DNA from: Minisyncoccia bacterium
GTDB lineage: Bacteria; Patescibacteriota; Minisyncoccia; Phycocordibacterales; JAKFXT01
Assembly: GCA_041485465.1 (NCBI GenBank)
Contig: JBGPJO010000002.1
Span: forward strand, 6,629 to 70,628
Direction of reading: 5' to 3'
Length of the DNA stretch: 64,000 bases
Below are positions 47,951 through 56,268 of this stretch, one piece after another. The position numbers were made by a program, and so were the translations under genes. The notes below the pieces were generated by a model. It did not search any database, had not been told where the DNA came from, and worked only from the letters and a program-made list of their open reading frames with translations. Position 1 is the stretch's first letter, and the number at the start of each line of letters is the position of its first letter.

Positions 47951-48541
47951 GTGTATACAAAGATTCGAAAAAAAGTAGTAAGCGGTTTTACTCTCATAGA
48001 AATGATGGTATCGGTTTCGATTTTTGCAATTGTCATGCTGATGGCAACCGGCGCACTGCTTTCAATTATTGATACTAATCGTAAAGCCCAATCCCAACAA
48101 ACTTCTTTTACCGAGCTTAATTTTGCACTCGAAAGCATGTCGAGGGCAATCAGGGTTGGTTCGACCTTTCGCTGCATCCCCGACTCGTACTCAAATATCA
48201 ACATCGATCAACCGCAGGATTGTGCGGGCGGTGGCGGAGCCTTTGCTTTCGAGGCTTTCAATGGCTCTCCGGCAAACCCGAATGACCAAATCGTTTATCG
48301 TCTAAACGGCACCCAGATTGAACGTTCGCTCCAAGGCGGGGGAGGTAGCAGTTTCGTGCCAGTCACTTCTCCGGAGATAGTGATTCAAGATCTTTCGTTT
48401 TACACTCGAGGCTCAGTCTCAGGAGATGGTCTTCAGCCGCTTGTTCTTATTTCAATCTACGGCTATGCCGGATCGACGACGAAAACGAGAGTCGATTTCA
48501 ATGTTCAAACAACAATCACCGAGCGTCTGCGCGATTTGTAA
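47951..48541 (+). CDS. minor pilin/pseudopilin
   Basis: SGFTLIEMMVSVSIFAI leader. Confidence 0.7.
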   Translation: MYTKIRKKVVSGFTLIEMMVSVSIFAIVMLMATGALLSIIDTNRKAQSQQTSFTELNFALESMSRAIRVGSTFRCIPDSYSNINIDQPQDCAGGGGAFAFEAFNGSPANPNDQIVYRLNGTQIERSLQGGGGSSFVPVTSPEIVIQDLSFYTRGSVSGDGLQPLVLISIYGYAGSTTKTRVDFNVQTTITERLRDL

Positions 48542-48542
48542 T

Positions 48543-49085
48543 ATGTATACAAGGGAAAAAAATGAATTACGGAGGGTCTCCCAAAAAGGCGGCTATACGC
48601 TTCTTGAAACCCTTATCGCTATATTTATTTTAACTCTTGTCATTGTCGGGCCGATGTCTGTTGCCTCTCGAACACTTTTTTCGGCGACTATCGCGAGACA
48701 GCAGGTTATCGCTTTTTATCTTGCCCAGGAAGCGATCGAGAGCATTAGAAATATCAGAGACCAAAACTCTCTGAGCGGAAGCTGGCTCACTGATTTGCCG
48801 GCATTGGGGCAAAATTTCACTATTGATGTTACCGCCATTAATCCCGGTACGAATAAGCCGACCATGACTCTTTGTGCGGCGAGTTGTCCTCCGATTAATT
48901 ATGATCTCGCGACCCATTTGTATCAATATCAAACAGGAACACCGAGCGATTTTACTCGTACTGTTCGGATTGATTCGGTTCCCGATAAAACTGATGAAGT
49001 GGCGGTTTCCGTAACCATCGATTGGAGTGTTGGAAAAATCCCGCGAAGTTTTACCGCCCGGGAAAACATTTTTAACTGGCAATAG
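48543..49085 (+). CDS. minor pilin/pseudopilin
   Basis: KGGYTLLETLIAIFIL leader. In-frame ATG at 48543. Confidence 0.65.
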   Translation: MYTREKNELRRVSQKGGYTLLETLIAIFILTLVIVGPMSVASRTLFSATIARQQVIAFYLAQEAIESIRNIRDQNSLSGSWLTDLPALGQNFTIDVTAINPGTNKPTMTLCAASCPPINYDLATHLYQYQTGTPSDFTRTVRIDSVPDKTDEVAVSVTIDWSVGKIPRSFTARENIFNWQ

Positions 49086-49086
49086 T

Positions 49087-49611
49087 ATGAAACGCATGCG
49101 ATCAACTGAGAGGGGTTCAACGCTTTTTATTGCCGTTCTTCTGTCATCCCTTCTTCTTGCGATCGGCTTCTCGCTTGCCAATTTCGCCACCAAGCAAATT
49201 ATTATTTCAACTGCCGGCCGCGAATCCCAATTTGCTTTCTACGCGGCCGACACCGGCGTTGAGTGTGCTCTTTACTGGGATTTCAAGGCGCCTTCCGGAA
49301 GCGCCTTTGCTACTTCAAGCGATTCTGTTACCTACGGTCTAGTTCCCTCTTCCGGAATAAAGTGCAACAGTCACGACATTGCGGCCGGGCCACCAGTTGA
49401 AACTATTATTACAAATGGAAATCGGGCGACTACGACCTTTGGGTTCGATTTTTCTCCGCAACCATATTGTGCGATTGTTGTTGTCGGGAAATCTCCCGGA
49501 GCAACGATAATCGAATCTCACGGGTATAACATCGGCACGCTCTCATCGGGCCCCGCCTGTCTTACGGATAATCCGCGACAGATCGAACGTGCTATCAGGG
49601 TTCGCTACTAG
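49087..49611 (+). CDS. pilus-associated protein with atypical leader (PilX-like)
   Basis: RGSTLFIAVLLSSLLLAIG is an N-terminal hydrophobic segment. It is the last gene of the pilin array. Confidence 0.45.
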   Translation: MKRMRSTERGSTLFIAVLLSSLLLAIGFSLANFATKQIIISTAGRESQFAFYAADTGVECALYWDFKAPSGSAFATSSDSVTYGLVPSSGIKCNSHDIAAGPPVETIITNGNRATTTFGFDFSPQPYCAIVVVGKSPGATIIESHGYNIGTLSSGPACLTDNPRQIERAIRVRY

Positions 49612-49640
49612 TTTTTCCAGACTTTCGGTACTATAGAGGA

Positions 49641-51668
49641 ATGACGGAAAAGCCCATACATAGAGCCTCAAAAGAAGTTACTCTGCGCGCCAAAAAACTG
49701 CGGGAGACGATTGATCACTACCGGTACCTCTATCATGTGCTTGATACGGTGGCAATTCCGGAAGAAGCACTCGATTCTTTAAAACACGAGCTTTTGAAGC
49801 TTGAAGAAGTATATCCGGAGCTTATCACGCCAGATTCTCCGACCCAACGTGTCGGCGGCATACCGCTTAAGGAATTCAAAAAAGTTAAACACAAGGTGCC
49901 GCAGTGGTCTTTCAACGATGTTTTTTCTCCCGGAGAGTTGAGAGAATTTGACACCAAGGTCAAACGTTTCTTGAAAGACTCTACACCAACCTATACTTGC
50001 GAGCTTAAAATCGACGGACTCAAAGTAATTTTCGAATATGAGAAAGGGATTTTCACAAGGGCAGCGACTCGCGGGGATGGCGTTATCGGTGAAGAGGTCA
50101 CCCATAATGTACGAACGATAGAATCACTGCCGCTTAAGCTCTTAAAACCGGTTGATATTGTTGTTGAGGGCGAGGTCTGGATGAAAAAATCAACACTTCA
50201 AAACCTCAATCGCGAGCGAAAAAAGAAGGGGGAAGAACCATTTGCAAATCCCCGAAACGTTGCCGCCGGTTCCATCCGCCAGCTTGATCCGAAAATCGCC
50301 GCCTCGCGCAAACTCGAAGTGTATATCTATGACGCCGATCTCTCTTCGGTTCCAATTCCCGGCAGCCAGCATAAAGAACTTGAGTTTTTACGGGAACTCG
50401 GTTTTAAAGTCAATCTGAATTTCAAGCATGTTACTTCAATTGAAGAAGCGATTTCTTATTGGCAAGACTGGAAAAAACGCGCGCCGAAAGAAGAGTATCA
50501 AATTGACGGCATCGTTGTTAAAGTTGACGAAAAAAAAATACAGGAGCGCCTCGGTTACACAGGAAAAGCGCCGCGCTTCGCGATCGCTTTTAAATTTCCG
50601 GCCGAGCAAGTAACGACTCGGGTTCAAGGTATTACTGTTCAAGTCGGCCGGACCGGCATCTTGACTCCCGTTGCCCATCTCAAACCCACGTTGGTCTATG
50701 GTTCGGTCGTCTCCCGAGCGACGCTTCACAATGAGGATGAGATCAGAAGGCTTGATGTCAGAATCGGGGATACCGTTATTCTTCAGAAGGCGGGTGACGT
50801 CATTCCCGACGTTGTTTCGGTCCTTAAAGAAATGCGGACCGGTAAGGAAAAAATCTTTCACATACCAAAGAAATGTCCCGAATGCGACTCTCTTGTCAGA
50901 AAGAAAAAAATCGGCAGTGGGGAAGAAAGCTCCGGGTATTACTGCCTCAATCCGAAGTGCCCGGCAAAAGACAGGCGGCGTCTGTACCACTTCACTTCAA
51001 AGCACGCCTTCGATATCGAGGGATTAGGACCTAAAATCATAGATCTTCTGGTCGAGAATCAGCTCGTATCGACCTATGATGATTTTTTCACTCTCGAAAA
51101 GGGCGACCTCTTGGCGCTCCCGCGCTTTGCCGAAAAATCGGCTGATAATTTGCTTTCCGCGATTTCAAAAGGGAAGCATGTGGAATTACCGTGGCTCATT
51201 ATTGCTCTCTCGATTCCACAGGTAGGGGAAGAAACCGCTTACGATCTCGCCTTGCGGTTTAAAACGATTGAAAAACTAGTTCACGCTTCAAGAGAAGAAT
51301 TGCGAAGCATCGAGGGCGTCGGCGATGTCGTCGCTGATTCAATTACCGCATGGTTTTCCGATTCTCATAATAAAAAAATGCTTGAAAAACTACTCGCTGT
51401 TATTTCCGTCAAAAAAACGGAAGCCGCGGCTCTACAGGGAGGGAAATTTTCCGGAAAAACAGTCGTTCTGACCGGTACACTCTTGAATTTTTCGCGTGAT
51501 GAGGCGAAAGAGCTCATTCGGAAAGCGGGCGGCGACGTTTCGGGAAGCGTTTCCCAAAAAACGGATTTTGTCGTCGCTGGCGAGAATCCCGGTTCGAAGT
51601 TTGATGATGCCAAGGAATTCGGCGTCAGGGTTCTCTCCGAAGACGAGTTTATGAAAATGATCAAATAA
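49641..51668 (+). CDS. ligA: NAD-dependent DNA ligase LigA
   Basis: Adenylation motif KIDGL, Zn-finger CPECDS...C, and HhH and BRCT C-terminal regions. Confidence 0.95.
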   Translation: MTEKPIHRASKEVTLRAKKLRETIDHYRYLYHVLDTVAIPEEALDSLKHELLKLEEVYPELITPDSPTQRVGGIPLKEFKKVKHKVPQWSFNDVFSPGELREFDTKVKRFLKDSTPTYTCELKIDGLKVIFEYEKGIFTRAATRGDGVIGEEVTHNVRTIESLPLKLLKPVDIVVEGEVWMKKSTLQNLNRERKKKGEEPFANPRNVAAGSIRQLDPKIAASRKLEVYIYDADLSSVPIPGSQHKELEFLRELGFKVNLNFKHVTSIEEAISYWQDWKKRAPKEEYQIDGIVVKVDEKKIQERLGYTGKAPRFAIAFKFPAEQVTTRVQGITVQVGRTGILTPVAHLKPTLVYGSVVSRATLHNEDEIRRLDVRIGDTVILQKAGDVIPDVVSVLKEMRTGKEKIFHIPKKCPECDSLVRKKKIGSGEESSGYYCLNPKCPAKDRRRLYHFTSKHAFDIEGLGPKIIDLLVENQLVSTYDDFFTLEKGDLLALPRFAEKSADNLLSAISKGKHVELPWLIIALSIPQVGEETAYDLALRFKTIEKLVHASREELRSIEGVGDVVADSITAWFSDSHNKKMLEKLLAVISVKKTEAAALQGGKFSGKTVVLTGTLLNFSRDEAKELIRKAGGDVSGSVSQKTDFVVAGENPGSKFDDAKEFGVRVLSEDEFMKMIK

Positions 51669-51685
51669 GGTACTATACGCCGACA

Positions 51686-51970
51686 ATGATTTCTGACGAG
51701 ACAATAAAAAAATTGCTCTCACTCGCTCGGATTGAGGTCTCGGACGAGGAGAAAGAAAAACTTCGCCAAGATGTCGAAAACATTTTGGGGTATGTCGGCG
51801 AAATTGAAAAGGCGGCAGTTCAGATTGATTCTACGCCAAAGGCAGGAGAACTTAAAAATGTCATGCGCGAAGACAAAGAACCTCACGAGAGCGGGCTCTA
51901 TAGTGAAAAAATTCTTAGGGAGGCTCCGGAGCGGAAAGATGATTACATCTCGGTGAAGAAAATACTGTAA
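51686..51970 (+). CDS. gatC: Asp/Glu-tRNA amidotransferase subunit C
   Basis: LARIEVSDEEKEKL...VMRED GatC pattern. Located upstream of gatA. Confidence 0.8.
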   Translation: MISDETIKKLLSLARIEVSDEEKEKLRQDVENILGYVGEIEKAAVQIDSTPKAGELKNVMREDKEPHESGLYSEKILREAPERKDDYISVKKIL

Positions 51971-53391
51971 TGAATACCTTAATTCAAAATTTAACCCTCG
52001 ATGACGCTCGGAAAGGCCTTTTGGAAAAGAAATTTTCCGCTCGGGAGCTTGCGGAGAGTTCTCTTTCTGTTATTAAGGAAAAGGATTCTGAAATTCACGC
52101 TTTTCTTGAGGTCTTTGAAGATGTTTTGTTGCAAGCCGATCGTGCCGATACAGCTATTGCGGCAGGGGAAAGGGGAGCGCTTCTTGGGATTCCTCTTGCC
52201 ATCAAAGATAATATTTTGATTGACGGAAGAAAAGCGAGCGCCGCATCGAAAATTCTTGAAGGATACACCGCATCCTATGATGCAACCGTTATAGGAAAAC
52301 TGAAAAATGAGGGGGGAATATTTATTGGCCGTACCAACATGGACGAATTTGGCATGGGAAGTTCGACTGAAAACTCAGCGTTCGGTCCCACTAAAAATCC
52401 CTTTGATACCTTGCGTGTTCCTGGCGGGTCCTCAGGCGGTTCCGCAGCGGCGATTTCAATGGGCGCTACTTTGGCGGCTCTCGGAACCGATACCGGTGGC
52501 TCCGTCAGGCAGCCGGCAAGCCTCTGCGGTCTTGTCGGGCTGAAGCCGACTTATGGCGCGCTTTCGCGCTTTGGCGTGATCGCGCTCGGTACGTCGCTTG
52601 ACCAGGTGGGACTGCTGACAAAAACTGTTGCTGACTCCGAAATTCTCTTCTCGATTTTGCGCAGCCACGATCCGCTTGATAGTACTTCTTTACCGGACTC
52701 TTTTTTTAAAAAGCACTCGATTACAGAGAGGCTCTCGATAGGAATTCCGCGCGATCTTCTCGGCGAGGGGATTGACAAAGAGGTGCGGCGCATCTTTGAA
52801 GCGGCGGTTTTAAAATTTAAATCGCTTGGCTTTACGGTAAAGGAAGTAAGCTTGCCAAACGCGCGTTATGCGCTCTCGATATATTACATAGTGCTGCCGG
52901 CTGAAATTTCAGCGAACCTGGCACGTTATGATGGCATGCGCTTTGGCGTGAGGGAGAGAGGAGAAAATCTTCTTCAGGATTATCTAAAGACCAGGGGGTT
53001 GGGTTTTGGTAGAGAGCCGCGGCGCCGTATTATTTTGGGGACCTATGTACTCTCCCATGGTTACTATGACGCCTACTACAATAAAGCGACGGCCCTTCGG
53101 GAACTTTTAAGGAAAGATTACGAAAATGCTTTCCGTGAAGTTGATATACTGATAACACCGACCGCTCCCACATCAGCATTTAAAATCGGAGAGAAGACTA
53201 ACGATCCGCTCACCATGTACCTTGAAGATATTTTCACCACCCCTGTCTCCCTTGCCGGCATCCCCGCGCTCTCGATTCCCGGAGGTATGACATCTAGTAA
53301 CCCTTCGCTTCCGGTTGGCATCCAGCTCATTGCTCCTAACACCCGTGAGGACCTTCTTTTTCATGTGGGCAAACTGTTTGAAAAAGCCTAA
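51970..53391 (+). CDS. gatA: Asp/Glu-tRNA amidotransferase subunit A
   Basis: Amidase signature GGSSGGSAAAISMG. Confidence 0.9.
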   Translation: MNTLIQNLTLDDARKGLLEKKFSARELAESSLSVIKEKDSEIHAFLEVFEDVLLQADRADTAIAAGERGALLGIPLAIKDNILIDGRKASAASKILEGYTASYDATVIGKLKNEGGIFIGRTNMDEFGMGSSTENSAFGPTKNPFDTLRVPGGSSGGSAAAISMGATLAALGTDTGGSVRQPASLCGLVGLKPTYGALSRFGVIALGTSLDQVGLLTKTVADSEILFSILRSHDPLDSTSLPDSFFKKHSITERLSIGIPRDLLGEGIDKEVRRIFEAAVLKFKSLGFTVKEVSLPNARYALSIYYIVLPAEISANLARYDGMRFGVRERGENLLQDYLKTRGLGFGREPRRRIILGTYVLSHGYYDAYYNKATALRELLRKDYENAFREVDILITPTAPTSAFKIGEKTNDPLTMYLEDIFTTPVSLAGIPALSIPGGMTSSNPSLPVGIQLIAPNTREDLLFHVGKLFEKA

Positions 53392-53396
53392 ACGCT

Positions 53397-54371
53397 ATGG
53401 CGGAAGAAAGAGAAAGAGAAAAAAAACCTTCGGGAGAAATTACGGCAATTGAGGTAATGATCGGGGTCGTCATTTTGTTTTTTATTTTAAGCGTCATTTT
53501 TCAGAATATAAGCGCAGGTATTCAAAATGCAAAAGAGGGTACAATTTTTGGCGATCTTAAATTCATCTTTTCAAAAACCGAACAGGCGATCCAACCTCTT
53601 CAGGGAACGGGAGCGCCCGTCTTTACAATCGGAGAGCGTGTCAGGAATTCTGCCCCTTCTATTCTTTTTGATTATCCGGGTGGTGCACCTCTTAAAGGCA
53701 TCGCCGAAGGCAAAGCGGGGGCTATTGTTGGAGGTCCCGTCCCGTACGGAAATAATACATGGTGGCAGATTCAGTATGATGACGGATCCGTAGGCTGGGT
53801 TGTCGAGAATGCTCTTTCCTCGGAGGCACTGGGCGTCACCCCCGAAAGCCTCCCCCGAATGGAAGGCCCGCTTCTCTTATTCTATTCGGCATATAAAATC
53901 ATCGCTCTCTTAGTTTCTTTCCTGCTTCTTGTCGGTATCGGCTATTCGGTCATACGTCTTTTCCAGATCAGGAATGAAGAGAATTTGAAACTTGAAAGCA
54001 GAACGCTTTTAAATGATGCCTATCCTTTCGAAGAGGCTTCTTCTCAAGAACTGCCGGGAAAAGCGAAATGGGATGTGGTAAAAAGGCACATCGATTCTCC
54101 CTCGGAGAGCGACTGGCGGCTTGCCGTTCTTGAAGCCGATATTTTGCTTGACGAGCTTGTGCGGGAGAAGGGCTGGCTGGGAGAGAATTTGGGGGAGCGT
54201 TTAAAAGGAATAGATAAAAGCGAGTTCCGAACACTCGATAAAGCTTGGGACGCTCATAAAATTAGAAATACGATTGCCCATGAAGGCGCGAACTTCGCCC
54301 TCTCGAATAGGGAAGCGCGCCGGGTGATCGGACTTTTTGAAGAAGTTTTTAAGGAATTTAACTATATTTGA
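53397..54371 (+). CDS. membrane protein with SH3-like extracytoplasmic domain and C-terminal Rx4H (HEPN-like) domain
   Basis: Two transmembrane segments. The NTWWQIQYDDGSVGWVVENAL stretch is SH3b-like. The C-terminal KIRNTIAHEG stretch contains an R-x4-H motif. Confidence 0.4.
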   Translation: MAEEREREKKPSGEITAIEVMIGVVILFFILSVIFQNISAGIQNAKEGTIFGDLKFIFSKTEQAIQPLQGTGAPVFTIGERVRNSAPSILFDYPGGAPLKGIAEGKAGAIVGGPVPYGNNTWWQIQYDDGSVGWVVENALSSEALGVTPESLPRMEGPLLLFYSAYKIIALLVSFLLLVGIGYSVIRLFQIRNEENLKLESRTLLNDAYPFEEASSQELPGKAKWDVVKRHIDSPSESDWRLAVLEADILLDELVREKGWLGENLGERLKGIDKSEFRTLDKAWDAHKIRNTIAHEGANFALSNREARRVIGLFEEVFKEFNYI

Positions 54372-54440
54372 CTTTAAATTTTAAGCGTGCTATAATTAAA
54401 AAAGAAGCGTATCGTAGCAAAATCTTTAAGGGAGGTTGCT

Positions 54441-54866
54441 TTGGGTACTCTAAGTCGCGGGGCGGTAACGATCGCCATCCTGACGACCAATAAGAAGGTC
54501 GTCCTCGTCCGTGATCCATCGAAACCGCGCCCTCTCTATTGGAAGTTCTGCGTCGGGGGAATTGACCCGGGAGAAACTCCGGTAGAGGTGGCCCTCCGCG
54601 AGATGGACGAAGAAATCGGACTGACATGGGTCCAGCCTGATCAATTAGTTCTCCTTGGCAAAGAAAATCGAGGGGACCACGGGATGTATTTTTTCGGGAC
54701 CATAATTGATACTCTGGGTATTCCCTATCTTCCCAAAAAGGGAAGGACAGGAGAAGATGTCGGAGTTTTCGATTTAGCGGAGCTTGATTGGATGCGCGAT
54801 TTCGCTCCTTGGAATCGAGCATTTATTTCCTCGCTAAGAAGCCCTTCAGTGGTTTCGGCCGCCTAA
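54441..54866 (+). CDS. NUDIX hydrolase
   Basis: Nudix box GGIDPGETPVEVALREMDEEIGL. Confidence 0.8.
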   Translation: MGTLSRGAVTIAILTTNKKVVLVRDPSKPRPLYWKFCVGGIDPGETPVEVALREMDEEIGLTWVQPDQLVLLGKENRGDHGMYFFGTIIDTLGIPYLPKKGRTGEDVGVFDLAELDWMRDFAPWNRAFISSLRSPSVVSAA

Positions 54867-54902
54867 GATTCCGCAGTCTGCGGAATCTTAGGCGGTTTTT
54901 TC
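54859..54902 (+). terminator. intrinsic terminator (17-18-bp stem plus T6)
   Basis: CCGCCTAAGATTCCGCAG/CTGCGGAATCTTAGGCGG followed by TTTTTT. Confidence 0.7.
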
Positions 54903-54909
54903 TTTTCTG

Positions 54910-54982
54910 AGCCAGAGGCCGGGATTGAACCGGCGACCTGCGCGTTACGAATGCGCTGCTCTACCAACTGAGCTACTCTGGC
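54910..54982 (-). tRNA. tRNA-Thr (anticodon CGU)
   Basis: Cloverleaf with acceptor GCCAGAG/CTCTGGC, anticodon loop TTCGTAA and T-arm GCCGG-TTCAATC-CCGGC. One 31-39 A-C mismatch. Confidence 0.7.
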
Positions 54983-54998
54983 ACTCGGGGAATCCCGG

Positions 54999-55071
54999 AG
55001 CCGATGGCCAGAATTGAACTGGCGACCTACTCCTTACCATGGAGTTGCTCTACCAACTGAGCTACATCGGC
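54999..55071 (-). tRNA. tRNA-Thr (anticodon GGU)
   Basis: Acceptor GCCGATG/CATCGGC, anticodon arm ACTCC-ATGGTAA-GGAGT, T-arm GCCAG-TTCAATT-CTGGC. Confidence 0.75.
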
Positions 55072-55234
55072 GAACTGTATGACCGGACCTGGCTACAACT
55101 CTCGGATCGCCCGCACTCGCCTCGGTCGTAGCCCCGACTCGCGGTTTTGCGTACTCGCAAAACAACGCTCCGTCGCGAGTAACCTCGCTCCTATAGTACA
55201 AAAGTTGCTAGAAGCATCTAACAACTTTTGTACT

Positions 55235-55312
55235 ATGGCGCAGTCGACGGGACTTGAACCCGCAACCTCTCGCGTGACAGGCGAGTGCTCTAACCAGGTT
55301 GAGCTACGACTG
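55235..55312 (-). tRNA. tRNA-Asp (anticodon GUC) with encoded CCA
   Basis: Acceptor GCAGTCG/CGACTGC, anticodon arm CTCGC-CTGTCAC-GCGAG. Confidence 0.75.
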
Positions 55313-55374
55313 CATCTATTGATGCCTCTATTGAACGGCACTACAGTATCATTAAAAACCTCCTCCCTCAATGT

Positions 55375-55632
55375 TTATTTTTTCGCGGCATTCTGGAGCT
55401 CCCTCTGGAGTTTCATAAGTTCCTGGTCATCTTTAATCTTTTCTTGTCTTAACCGAGATGTTTCAGATTCAAGTTTTTTTGATTCAATTTCGATTTTCCG
55501 TATCTCTCCTTCCAATTTAGCTATCTCACCCTTCATCTTTGCGAGCTCACTCTCCTTTTGTCTCAGTTCAGACTCATCTTTTTGGATTTCTTCCCGCAAC
55601 TCCTCTATTGCTCTTCCAATATTGCTATTCAT
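55375..55632 (-). CDS. coiled-coil hypothetical protein (85 aa)
   Basis: Heptad-rich Glu/Lys/Leu sequence between the tRNA genes. Confidence 0.4.
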   Translation of the reverse strand: MNSNIGRAIEELREEIQKDESELRQKESELAKMKGEIAKLEGEIRKIEIESKKLESETSRLRQEKIKDDQELMKLQRELQNAAKK

Positions 55633-55682
55633 AGTGAAAACACCAGTTAAGATTAATCTCTTTGATTGTACTACAAAATGTT

Positions 55683-55755
55683 GGTGCCGGTGAGTGGAAT
55701 CGGACCACTGTTTAAGGCTTATGAGTCCTTCGTTCTACCATTGAACTACACCGGC
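55683..55755 (-). tRNA. tRNA with anticodon CAU (elongator Met or Ile2) with atypical T-loop TCCGATT
   Basis: Acceptor GCCGGTG/CACCGGC-A-CC, D-arm GTTC/GAAC, anticodon loop CTCATAA, T-arm AGTGG/CCACT. Confidence 0.55.
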
Positions 55756-55839
55756 TAAAAGTCGACTCAAAATAACATTTTTGACTTCTTTTTTAAAGTG
55801 CTGCAGTATACGGAAGGATTTCCTGAGAGAGGGGTCACG

Positions 55840-56070
55840 ATGCAGACATTCGAACAAATGACGCCCGATGACCATTTTATTTTGATCAAAGATGATGGAA
55901 AACCATCCGGTATCTGTAAGAAAACTCGGGACGGCTGTTCTGAGACGGTTCCGTACTTTGACCAGCATGGTTCGTTGAGGAATACCGGAGCTTACGAAGT
56001 GGTTCCCACCCCGAAACCTGATCATCCGGTGCAGAGGGTACGCTTTGGACTTTACGAAGAGGGGAAATAA
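55840..56070 (+). CDS. hypothetical protein (76-90 aa)
   Basis: ORF followed by terminator 56082-56116. Confidence 0.35.
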   Translation: MQTFEQMTPDDHFILIKDDGKPSGICKKTRDGCSETVPYFDQHGSLRNTGAYEVVPTPKPDHPVQRVRFGLYEEGK

Positions 56071-56081
56071 CCAACCAAAGA

Positions 56082-56116
56082 CCCGCCATGAAAATGGCGG
56101 GTCTCTTATTTCTTTG
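56082..56116 (+). terminator. intrinsic terminator (CCCGCCAT/ATGGCGGG plus T-rich tract)
   Basis: 8-bp stem with GAAA loop. Confidence 0.6.
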
Positions 56117-56187
56117 TTGCGGGGGTGGGATTTGCACCCACGTCTTCAGGTTATGAGCCTGACGAATTACTGTTACTCTACCCCGCT
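56117..56187 (-). tRNA. initiator tRNA-fMet (anticodon CAU; A1-A72 unpaired)
   Basis: Near-collinear with E. coli tRNA-fMet (AGCGGGG...GTCAGGCTCATAACCTGA...CCCCGCA-A). The D-loop AACAGTA lacks G18G19, and the T-loop is TGCAAAT. Confidence 0.6.
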
Positions 56188-56268
56188 ATAAAACGCGATT
56201 ATACAGCATGAGGTGATTAATGAAAAGAGGGCCGCTCTCTGTAAGCCCCATCTGCTATAATCGTTAGA

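Noticed and set aside
55079-55693. 204-aa plus-strand ORF and 92-aa minus-strand ORF spanning the tRNA-Thr/tRNA-Asp cluster
   Set aside because: They overlap three well-folded tRNA genes and the coiled-coil gene, and have low-complexity translations. Not coding.
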